Part shown: positions 7,739 to 14,851 of the stretch, in pieces
Position numbering within the stretch: the first letter of the stretch is position 1
Layout: each line of letters opens with the position of its first letter
Source of the DNA: Candidatus Latescibacterota bacterium
Lineage (GTDB): Bacteria > Latescibacterota > UBA2968
Direction: 5' to 3'
NCBI GenBank assembly: GCA_038279365.1
Contig: JAYODI010000072.1
Coordinates: 1 to 14,851 of the forward strand
Length of the DNA stretch: 14,851 nucleotides
Notes under the pieces: generated by a model
Database searches by the model: none
Seen by the model: only the letters and a program-made list of their open reading frames with translations
What the model was told of the DNA's origin: nothing
Program-made: the position numbers and the translations under genes

Positions 7739-8299
7739 TTATTTTATTTTTGCAATGGCTTGGTCGCGTCCATTGCGCTTGAGTAGGGTAATGATGGGCA
7801 GGGCTTTGGCCGGTTGCATGTGACTGATCACTGTGGCCAAATCGGCATCTGGCAATGGCAAGAGCACTTGCATGGCTTCACCTGGTTCTAAGGGTTCACA
7901 CCGGCGGGCCAATTGTTTCAATTTTTGGTTGTGTTCTTCAAGGGTCAATTTGAGACGTTTTTCTAAGTCTTTGCGCAGTTGCGCCAATTCTTTTTGTTCT
8001 TTTTCCAATTCTTGATAAACCTGCCTGCTGGCTTGTGCTGTGGGTGATGTTTGTGGGGATACGGGTTTTGGTTTAGGAGACGTTTTGGCAACCTCTTTGG
8101 TTTCATTTGTCAACAAAGTGTCTTTGGGGTGGTTTAGGGTATCTGGGGCAATGGCGACTTGTTGGGTCACCACCGTTTTTGTGGTTTTTGGGCGTTGGCG
8201 TGGTGGTTCGGGGCGAAAAATGGCGATCATGACACCTAAAATGATCACAAAAGACCCGAACATGATGACGATCAGCAAAGTGGCAGGATTGAATTTCAT
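7739..8299 (-). CDS. MotE/FlbB/YlxF-like flagellar membrane protein (MgtE_N-like C-terminal domain)
   Basis: Single N-terminal TM helix, Pro/Thr/Lys-rich linker, coiled coil, then LARRCEPLEPGEAMQVL..LPDADLATVISHMQPAKA helical repeats. Confidence 0.7.
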   Translation of the reverse strand: MKFNPATLLIVIMFGSFVIILGVMIAIFRPEPPRQRPKTTKTVVTQQVAIAPDTLNHPKDTLLTNETKEVAKTSPKPKPVSPQTSPTAQASRQVYQELEKEQKELAQLRKDLEKRLKLTLEEHNQKLKQLARRCEPLEPGEAMQVLLPLPDADLATVISHMQPAKALPIITLLKRNGRDQAIAKIK

Positions 8300-8345
8300 T
8301 GTCTAAAAATGAAAAAATATGTTGTTGTGTGCGTTCAATCACATT

Positions 8346-8372
8346 GGATCGGGCAAAAAATGTCGATCTTTA
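8346..8372 (-). promoter_or_regulatory. Possible sigma28-like promoter
   Basis: Minus strand TAAA-N15-CCCGATCC versus consensus TAAA-N15-GCCGATAA (5/8 in the -10), upstream of a flagellar-type gene. Confidence 0.3.
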
Positions 8373-8634
8373 TAAACAATACTGGTTTTTAGCGTTTATA
8401 AAGATGGTAGATCACAACGAGTTGAATGAGCATCACAATGGCGGCGAGAAGTGCAAACATTGCATTGTACCAATGTCAAGATGGCAGATGTTGCCAAATC
8501 AAGGTCAGTTTGAGGTCATTTTAACCAATGTGATGTAAATATGACACACTATTTTTCAAATTTTAAATCAGATAAAAAATTATAACTAATTTAAAAATAT
8601 GAATTTACGATACATGTTGTATTTTTTGTTATTT

Positions 8635-8651
8635 TTGGCACCTAATTCGCA
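8635..8651 (+). promoter_or_regulatory. Putative sigma54 (-24/-12) promoter
   Basis: TTGGCACCTAATTCGCA: GG(8637-38)-N10-GC(8649-50), after an AT-rich tract and 56 nt upstream of ATG8707. A TATAAT at 8654-8659 is an alternative sigma70 -10. Confidence 0.62.
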
Positions 8652-8706
8652 TGTATAATGGGTGTCCATTCATTTATTAAATTGTCCCGATTTAGGGGAG
8701 GAAGAT

Positions 8707-8868
8707 ATGACGAGCACAAATTTAGAAAAACGCGATCAATTGGCCTATTTGGCTTTGTATTATGCCATTCATGGTGAAGACGAACGTTCTGAAAAAATCC
8801 GTTTGGCCTTGCGACAGTTAGATAGCATGATTTCTGGGCATCAAGTTGCTGAACCTGTTGGTGCGTAG
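8707..8868 (+). CDS. Small hypothetical protein (53 aa)
   Basis: Strong SD GGGGAGGA (8695-8702), ATG8707, promoter upstream, helical-looking sequence MTSTNLEKRDQLAYLALYYAIHGEDERSEKIRLALRQLD. Confidence 0.7.
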   Translation: MTSTNLEKRDQLAYLALYYAIHGEDERSEKIRLALRQLDSMISGHQVAEPVGA

Positions 8869-8873
8869 GGGAT

Positions 8874-8922
8874 AGCGATCAGCTATCAGCAGTCAGCTAT
8901 CAGCAGTCAGCTTTTAGCTTTA
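8874..8922. repeat. Heptamer tandem repeat (AGCnnnn x7)
   Basis: AGCGATC AGCTATC AGCAGTC AGCTATC AGCAGTC AGCTTTT AGCTTTA. Confidence 0.9.
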
Positions 8923-8933
8923 AAAGCAAAACC

Positions 8934-10031
8934 TTAAAAAACGCTGAGTACGCGTTCGGTAATGTGTTGAATGTGTTCGCGTGTGAGTTCGGGATAAAGC
9001 GGTAGAGACAGGATCTCTTTGGCTGTTTTTTCTGCAACAGGAAAATCCCCTTCTTTGTGACCCATTTTTTTAAATGCGGGTTGTTGGTGAAGGGGGATGG
9101 GGTAGTGCACTTGGGTGGCAATGTCTTCTTTGTGCAATACCGTTTCTATTGCGTCGCGCTTTTGCGTTCGAATGACGTAATATGTATGCACATGCCGGTT
9201 GCCATCACGCTCAACGGGTGTTTGGATTGGGGTGTTTTTAAAGCACGCGTTATAAAATTGTGCATGGTCGCGTCGTTTTTCTAACCATGTTTCAAGATGG
9301 CTGAGTTTGACCTGTAATATTGCCGCCTGTAAGGGATCAAGGCGATAGTTATAGCCTGATATTTCGTGCTCGTATTTTTCTACACGGCCGTGGTTGGCGA
9401 GCATTTTCATTTTTTGGGCCAATGTTCCATCTTTGGTGATCACGATACCTGCATCACCAAATGCACCTAAAATTTTGCCGGGAAAAAAACTAAACGTGGC
9501 AGCCGTTCCAAAATGGCCTGCCCGATTTTTTTTGTACTCTGCGCCATGTGCTTGTGCGGCATCTTCGATTACAGCAAGCTGGTGCCGATTGGCGATTTCC
9601 ATAATGGCATCCATATCGGCAAGTTGACCGTATAGATGTACGGGAACAATGGCGCGTGTTTTGTTTGTGATGGCTGCTTCGAGCTTGGTGGGGTCTAAAT
9701 TCATGGTGTCTTCACACACATCAACAAAGACCGGTTTTGCACCTGTTTGCACAATGGTTTCAACGGTGGCAATAAAGGTGTTTGGCACGGTGATGACTTC
9801 GTCACCTGGGCCAATGCCCAGGGCTGCAAATACAAGGTGCAATGCAGTGGTGCCCGAGCTTGTACCCACGCCAAAAGGGACGCTGCAATAGGCTGCAAAG
9901 GCGTCTTCAAATGCTTTGAGGTATGGGCCACCAATGAAGGCGCTGTCTCGAATGACCTGTTGCATGGCATCATCAATTTCGGGTTTGATGGATTGATATT
10001 GTGCATAGAGGTCAATGAGCGGAATGGCCAT
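8934..10031 (-). CDS. DegT/DnrJ/EryC1/StrS family PLP-dependent sugar aminotransferase
   Basis: SSGTTALHL, GIGPGDEVI, PVHLYGQ, IEDAAQAHGA, SFFPGK (PLP lysine), GYNYRLD, LSLPLYP. Confidence 0.96.
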   Translation of the reverse strand: MAIPLIDLYAQYQSIKPEIDDAMQQVIRDSAFIGGPYLKAFEDAFAAYCSVPFGVGTSSGTTALHLVFAALGIGPGDEVITVPNTFIATVETIVQTGAKPVFVDVCEDTMNLDPTKLEAAITNKTRAIVPVHLYGQLADMDAIMEIANRHQLAVIEDAAQAHGAEYKKNRAGHFGTAATFSFFPGKILGAFGDAGIVITKDGTLAQKMKMLANHGRVEKYEHEISGYNYRLDPLQAAILQVKLSHLETWLEKRRDHAQFYNACFKNTPIQTPVERDGNRHVHTYYVIRTQKRDAIETVLHKEDIATQVHYPIPLHQQPAFKKMGHKEGDFPVAEKTAKEILSLPLYPELTREHIQHITERVLSVF

Positions 10032-10033
10032 AT

Positions 10034-11176
10034 TTACTCCGTGTTGAGTTTGGCGGTGAGCCCTCGTTGTTGAAGTTCGGCCTGTGCTTTTGCAAATCCA
10101 TCAACGGCTTCTTCTTCACGGGCCCATTCAACGAGTTCTTCCATGCCTTGTTCAAATGTGACCTTGGGATCAAATCCCAAGGTTTTTTTTATGCGTGAAA
10201 TGTTTGCGATGCTGTGGCGCGTGTCGCCCTCACGGTAGTTTTTGGTGATTTCGGGCGTGAGGTGTTCCACACCGAGAATGTTGGAGAGGGTATGGGCAAT
10301 GTGCTCTATGGATATGGCTTTTCCAGACCCGACATTGAAAGCTTGGTAATCGCCGTCTGGTTTTTCCATGGCCAGCATGTTGGCTTGTACGATGTCGTGA
10401 ACAGAAATAAAGTCGCGCGATTGTTTGCCGTCTTCGTAGATGACGGGACGCTTGCCATTTTTGAGGCGGCTCATAAAAATAGCTCCCACGCCCGTGTAGG
10501 GGTTAGAGAGCGACTGGCGTGGGCCAAAGATATTGAAATACCGCAAGGCTACGGCAGGAATTTTGTAAGCTTTGCCAATGCTGAGCACCATATCCTCTTG
10601 GTGTGTTTTGGTTTGGGCATAAATGGCATAACAAATGCGTTCGGTATCTTCTGAAACGGGTGCGGCTGGCATGTCGGTTTGGCAAATGGGACATTTGTGT
10701 TCCCACTCGTGTTTTTCAAGTTGTGACACGGGGCGCAAACCTGGGTGTTGGATGCCGTGTTCGGGGCAAGTATAGAGGCCTTCACCATAGCTGGTTTGTG
10801 AGGCTGCGACGATCATTTTTTCAACGTTGTGTTTGTTGTTGGCCAAAATGTCGAGCATGTTGGCTGTGCCACCGGTGTTGACATCGACATACTTTTTGAT
10901 CTCGTATTGCGATTGGCCCATGCCCACGGCTGCGGCTTTGTGAAAGATGATATCCATGCCATCGAGTGCCTTTTTAAAGGCATCGTAATCGCGTACATCG
11001 CCTTGTATAAATTCGGCATGAGGGTTGGCATATTTGGGCACACTGCCCGTTGTATGCACTTGTGGATCGAGGCAGTCGAATATGCGCACTTGGTGGCCGC
11101 GTTGCACCAGTTCATCTACCAGATAAGAACCGACAAACCCCATTCCACCGGTTACGAGAATTTTTTTTGAAGACAT
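10034..11176 (-). CDS. NAD-dependent nucleotide-sugar epimerase/dehydratase (extended SDR)
   Basis: ILVTGGMGFVG Rossmann motif, YAQTK (YxxxK), LRYFNIFGP, DGKQSRDFISVHD. Confidence 0.95.
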   Translation of the reverse strand: MSSKKILVTGGMGFVGSYLVDELVQRGHQVRIFDCLDPQVHTTGSVPKYANPHAEFIQGDVRDYDAFKKALDGMDIIFHKAAAVGMGQSQYEIKKYVDVNTGGTANMLDILANNKHNVEKMIVAASQTSYGEGLYTCPEHGIQHPGLRPVSQLEKHEWEHKCPICQTDMPAAPVSEDTERICYAIYAQTKTHQEDMVLSIGKAYKIPAVALRYFNIFGPRQSLSNPYTGVGAIFMSRLKNGKRPVIYEDGKQSRDFISVHDIVQANMLAMEKPDGDYQAFNVGSGKAISIEHIAHTLSNILGVEHLTPEITKNYREGDTRHSIANISRIKKTLGFDPKVTFEQGMEELVEWAREEEAVDGFAKAQAELQQRGLTAKLNTE

Positions 11177-11196
11177 GGAAACTTTCGATGTTAAAG

Positions 11197-11297
11197 GCAG
11201 TGAAATGGCAGACGTGAAATGGCAAAAGTAAAATCTTTAGAAGCAGTGAAATGGCAGACGTGAAACGGCAAAAGTAAAATCTTTAGAAGCAGTGAAA
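11197..11297. repeat. 46-bp tandem duplication (2 copies + 9 bp) built from heptamers
   Basis: GCAGTGAAATGGCAGACGTGAAA(T/C)GGCAAAAGTAAAATCTTTAGAA at 11197 and 11243 with one mismatch; partial third copy at 11289. Confidence 0.95.
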
Positions 11298-11333
11298 CAA
11301 AAAACCTACCCCTCAATCTCATAACAAGGTTGA

Positions 11334-11355
11334 TTCGTTTGCCGTTTGCCGTTTG
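11334..11355. repeat. Heptamer repeat (CGTTTGC) complementary to the upstream AAACGGC units
   Basis: TTCGTTTGCCGTTTGCCGTTTG; TTTGCCGTTT (11338-11347) is the reverse complement of AAACGGCAAA (11263-11272). Confidence 0.8.
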
Positions 11356-12336
11356 TTATTCTAACACTTTGCGAACATTAAATTTTTCACCGGGTTGTGG
11401 GCCTCGGGTGAGCATGTCGGCCAAGAGACCGGTGCAGATAAATTGCACACCGAGCACGGTGAGTAAGACGCCCAATGTGAGCAGGGGGTGTCGGTTTTGA
11501 ATGGTGCCTGTTTGGAGCCAAAGGTATGCAATAAAGCTGTTGACGCTCATGCCAAGAATGCCAAAGATGAGGCCCATGGTGCCAAAGAGGTGAAGGGGGC
11601 GCCCCATGTACTTTCCGATATACATGACGGTGAGCAGGTCGAGAAACCCTTTGAGCAAACGCCCCATACCGTATTTGGTCACCCCAAATTGACGCGGGTG
11701 ATGTTGTACGGGGATTTCTGCCACGCGATAACCTTCAAGGTTGGCCAAAACGGGGATGTATCGGTGGAGTTCGCCAAAGACGCGTACGTCTTTGGTTACT
11801 TCGTTGCGATAAGCCTTGAGGCCACAGTTGAAATCGTGAATTTTGATGCCTGAAACACGGCCTGTTACCCAGTTAAAAAACTTGGAGGGTAGGGTTTTGC
11901 CCAAAGGATCAAAGCGTTTCTTTTTCCAGCCCGAGACGAGGTCATATCCTTCATCCAATTTGGCGAGCAGGCCTGGAATTTCTGCGGGGTCGTCTTGGAG
12001 GTCGGCATCCATGGTGATGACAAATTGACCCTTGGCGCGTGCAAAACCTGCGGTGTAGGCGGCGGCTTTGCCAAAGTTACGTCGAAATTGAATGACGTTG
12101 ACTTCTTTGTGTGCGGCGTGAAGTTCTTCGAGCACGTGCATCGAACCGTCTTTGGAGCCGTCGTCTATGAAGATGATCTCGTATGTCAGACCACTGTTGT
12201 TGAGTGTGTCTCGGATTTTTTCCATTAAGGGCCGCAAACTCTCTTCTTCATTGAGCAGAGGAATGACCAGTGTGAGATCAACTGGGTATTTGGGCTCAAA
12301 AGGGACGGTGGCGTCAGATGGTGATTGTGTGTTCAT
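11356..12336 (-). CDS. GT2 polyprenyl-phosphate glycosyltransferase (ArnC/DPM-like)
   Basis: VIPLLNEE, IDDGSKD, RRNFGKAAA, MDADLQDDP, HDFNCGLKAY, GELHRYIP, two C-terminal TM helices. Confidence 0.95.
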   Translation of the reverse strand: MNTQSPSDATVPFEPKYPVDLTLVIPLLNEEESLRPLMEKIRDTLNNSGLTYEIIFIDDGSKDGSMHVLEELHAAHKEVNVIQFRRNFGKAAAYTAGFARAKGQFVITMDADLQDDPAEIPGLLAKLDEGYDLVSGWKKKRFDPLGKTLPSKFFNWVTGRVSGIKIHDFNCGLKAYRNEVTKDVRVFGELHRYIPVLANLEGYRVAEIPVQHHPRQFGVTKYGMGRLLKGFLDLLTVMYIGKYMGRPLHLFGTMGLIFGILGMSVNSFIAYLWLQTGTIQNRHPLLTLGVLLTVLGVQFICTGLLADMLTRGPQPGEKFNVRKVLE

Positions 12337-12483
12337 AGCGTTCCAAGGATGGGTGGATCAGTGAATCGGCAAGACGACGAATTGACGCACGGGCGAAGCC
12401 TACAACGATAATCAACACATAGGTGTTGTCTCAACGTGCGTAACGAATCGCGGATGGGTTTCGTTTTTACGACGTCTATTCGT

Positions 12484-13542
12484 TTATGGTGTAATCTGTT
12501 CTACTTTTAGGCCTGTGGGATCAATTTCCACAGGCAGTATTTGTGCTGTGGGTACTGTACTTAGAATCTTTTGCCATTGATCAGATAAGGTGGTGATTTG
12601 CTCGGGTGTTTGCGCCAAAGCCCAGACACACCCGCCATTGCCACTGCCTGCTGTGGCAAACCCAATGTTTATGTCTTTGCAAATGGCTTGAAGCTTTTCA
12701 CCGATATTGGTGATGCGACTGGGTACGATGCTGCATCGAATTTGGGTTTCTTCGTTGATCAGTTTGCCTGCGGCTTCCCAATTTGAATGTTGTATTGCTT
12801 GAGCAAATTCATTGGCAATTTCGTTGATTCGAAACCATTTGGCTCGATTTTTACCTGCAAGAAAGTCGGTCACCTGTTTGCTGTTCACATCATTGGAGTC
12901 GTGGCTTCTTCCCACATAGGCAACCAAGATGCGTTTGCTGACGTCGTCATAATTATCGAGCAATTGTTCTCGGCGAAATTTGCCATGTAATTCGCCATAG
13001 GTCCAATGCCAACGGCTGATGCCTCCAAAGGCGGCGGCACATTGATCTTGTAGGCCGGTAAACGAATATCGCATGCCATCTTCGATGTTGTAGACGAGTT
13101 CGACAATGGCTTCGCGTGAGAGGTTGCCACCACCGGCCAGTTCTTGTGCGCGCGCCAGTGCACCTGCCAAAGCAACGGACAAAGTGCCAGACCCCCCCAC
13201 ACCGCTTCTGGGCGGACACCCATATCCGATTTCGATTTCCATGCCACTGAGCCCAAAATAAGCCACAATGGCATAAAGCAAACCAAAGTGACTGCTCATA
13301 TCGATGTTGTCGATGGGAAATTCTTCGTGGTGTTGGTCATCAAAAATTTTGACCCAGCCAGGTTTAAAGCTGCGAATGTGGATGCGTGTGCGTATGGTGA
13401 GGGCCAAATTTGTGGTGACAGGGTTGACGTGTACGTAGGGCAGTGCAAAACATTTGAGGTCCCAAGTACCCCCTACATCTACACGACTTGGGGCCGATGA
13501 GAGGATGTTGATGTTTTTCAGTTTTTCGCTGATATCGGGCAT
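12484..13542 (-). CDS. GHMP-family sugar kinase (HddA-like)
   Basis: SAPSRVDVGGTWD, PPRSGVGGSG (GHMP ATP loop), GLQDQCAAAFGG, GSGNGGC. Substrate uncertain. Confidence 0.85.
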   Translation of the reverse strand: MPDISEKLKNINILSSAPSRVDVGGTWDLKCFALPYVHVNPVTTNLALTIRTRIHIRSFKPGWVKIFDDQHHEEFPIDNIDMSSHFGLLYAIVAYFGLSGMEIEIGYGCPPRSGVGGSGTLSVALAGALARAQELAGGGNLSREAIVELVYNIEDGMRYSFTGLQDQCAAAFGGISRWHWTYGELHGKFRREQLLDNYDDVSKRILVAYVGRSHDSNDVNSKQVTDFLAGKNRAKWFRINEIANEFAQAIQHSNWEAAGKLINEETQIRCSIVPSRITNIGEKLQAICKDINIGFATAGSGNGGCVWALAQTPEQITTLSDQWQKILSTVPTAQILPVEIDPTGLKVEQITP

Positions 13543-13560
13543 AGAAATTGGTAAACCAGA

Positions 13561-13652
13561 AGAAGTGGAAAGGTAGAAGAAAAAAGCAAAAAGAAAGAAG
13601 CGGGTAATGATTTTGTCTTCATCCCTCTTCCTTCTCTATTTTTCTGTTTTTC
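13561..13652. repeat. Purine-rich degenerate heptamers followed by a pyrimidine-rich tract
   Basis: AGAAGTG GAAAGGT AGAAGAA AAAAGCA AAAAGAA AGAAGCG, then TCTTCATCCCTCTTCCTTCTCTATTTTTCTGTTTTTC. Confidence 0.5.
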
Positions 13653-13702
13653 AAAGATAGCAAAGAGCGGGTTTTTTGACAAACATAAAGGTTTTCAAGT
13701 CT

Positions 13703-14722
13703 TTAGGCTGATAGGTTGAAGCTGTCAAATGCATCTATTACGTGTGATGTAGGGATGGTGGCCATGGCTTTGTCGTCTCGTGGGACTTCGGGAGGTGGTT
13801 CAACGACAATTCGTGGATATGTGCCAGGGTATGGCCCCCATTGTTGGCTGCTGTTGGCTCCCATAATGGCAATGGTGGGGATTTCTACGGCAGCAGAGAC
13901 ATGCATTGGAAATGAGTCGATGGTGATCATGGCCCGACATCTTTTGAGTAGTCCTGCAAATTGGAGCAGAGAAAATTTGCCCACCAAACTGATGGCTTGG
14001 TGTTTCATGTGCGTTTTGACAGCCTCTATTTCTGCGCCATCAGATGGGCCACCGTTGAGCAATATTTGAAACCCTTTTTCGGCAATATGATCGGCTACAC
14101 TGGCCCATCGCTCGGGCATCCAGGCTTTGTCTGGGCGACCCGAGGTGATGCCGAGGACAATAGCTGGTGGCAAATTTGTCAGAAGTTGATCGATGGGAGA
14201 GAGGTCTTCGGTTTCGGGGAAGATGCGAAATTGAACTGGTGCTTGGTTTACACCTGCGGCGTGCATAAGTGCCATGTAGTTGTCTACAACGTGGCGTGTG
14301 GGGTCAAAGCTGACTTTGTTGTTCCACGCCCAAGCTGATTTTGCAACATTGAACCCCCAGCGTTGTTTGCCACCCAATAAGCGAGAAAATGCGGCGGCTT
14401 TGGCGGCTACACGGAAATTGAAGATGTGGTCGAATTTTTGTGCGCGAATGTGTGCTATGGCTTTGGGCAACGGTTGCCATGAGGGATGACCTGTGCGATC
14501 CAGCCACGGTAAGTTACATGGAATGATCTCGTTGAGATCGGGATTGCCTTTGAGTATTGATGTTGCCCACGACCCGGCTAAGACGCTGATATGGGCTTCG
14601 GGATAGGTTTGACGAAGCGCGTAAATGGCCGGTGTGGTGAGGAGCATGTCGCCCAAGTGATCGGGGCGGAAGATGAGGATTTTTTGATTGTTCAAGGGGT
14701 TCGGATCACAGGTCAATGCCAT
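13703..14722 (-). CDS. Glycosyltransferase family 9 (LPS heptosyltransferase-like)
   Basis: ILIFRPDHLGDMLLTTPAI..LRQTYPEAHI, KAWMPERW, LVGKFSLLQ, TIDSFPMHVSAA, WGP. Confidence 0.93.
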   Translation of the reverse strand: MALTCDPNPLNNQKILIFRPDHLGDMLLTTPAIYALRQTYPEAHISVLAGSWATSILKGNPDLNEIIPCNLPWLDRTGHPSWQPLPKAIAHIRAQKFDHIFNFRVAAKAAAFSRLLGGKQRWGFNVAKSAWAWNNKVSFDPTRHVVDNYMALMHAAGVNQAPVQFRIFPETEDLSPIDQLLTNLPPAIVLGITSGRPDKAWMPERWASVADHIAEKGFQILLNGGPSDGAEIEAVKTHMKHQAISLVGKFSLLQFAGLLKRCRAMITIDSFPMHVSAAVEIPTIAIMGANSSQQWGPYPGTYPRIVVEPPPEVPRDDKAMATIPTSHVIDAFDSFNLSA

Positions 14723-14785
14723 TCATGTTTATTGCTTCACGAAATGCAAAATGGCCGATAAATACGCGATATAAAATGATTTATT

Positions 14786-14839
14786 GTAGGGGCAAGGTTC
14801 CCTTGCCCTGCTTTTTCCCAAAAATCAAGGGCGCGGGGA
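14786..14839 (+). repeat. GTAG-type REP-like palindrome with a degenerate inverted partner
   Basis: GTAG immediately followed by stem GGGCAAGG-ttc-CCTTGCCC (14790-14808); partial partner AGGGCGCGGGGA at 14828-14839. Confidence 0.6.
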
Positions 14840-14851
14840 TCGTTAAAAATC

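Noticed and set aside
8299-8538. 79-aa plus-strand ORF
   Set aside because: No SD, overlaps regulatory palindromes, no recognisable features.
11197-11297. CRISPR array
   Set aside because: Copies are directly tandem with no unique spacers, and there are no cas genes.
14735-14761. Perfect GCCGATAA sigma28 -10 on the + strand
   Set aside because: The -35 position reads CTTC, not TAAA, and no downstream gene is visible in the window.

Overview
Bacterial chromosomal window with three blocks. (1) 140-5881, + strand, signalling: a cytoplasmic PAS/HisKA_2 histidine kinase with its own terminator, then a probable sigma54-driven operon. That operon encodes two paralogous lipoproteins with a ZU5-like domain that both end in VPGFSRY(T/S)IDD, an 8x40-aa TPR protein, and a translationally coupled REC-HisKA-HATPase-REC hybrid kinase. 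(2) 5971-8299, - strand: a MotE/FlbB-like protein, serS and an FlhB-C-terminal-like (FlhX/YlqH) gene; a divergent 53-aa gene follows behind a second sigma54-type promoter. (3) 8934-14722, - strand, surface-glycan cluster: GT9, GHMP sugar kinase, GT2, NAD epimerase/dehydratase and DegT aminotransferase. Several spacers carry degenerate 7/8-mer repeats, and a GTAG REP-like palindrome lies at the right end. The best candidate for an undescribed system is the lipoprotein pair + TPR + hybrid kinase operon, which has no transmembrane receptor. All calls come from reading motifs by eye; no searches were run.
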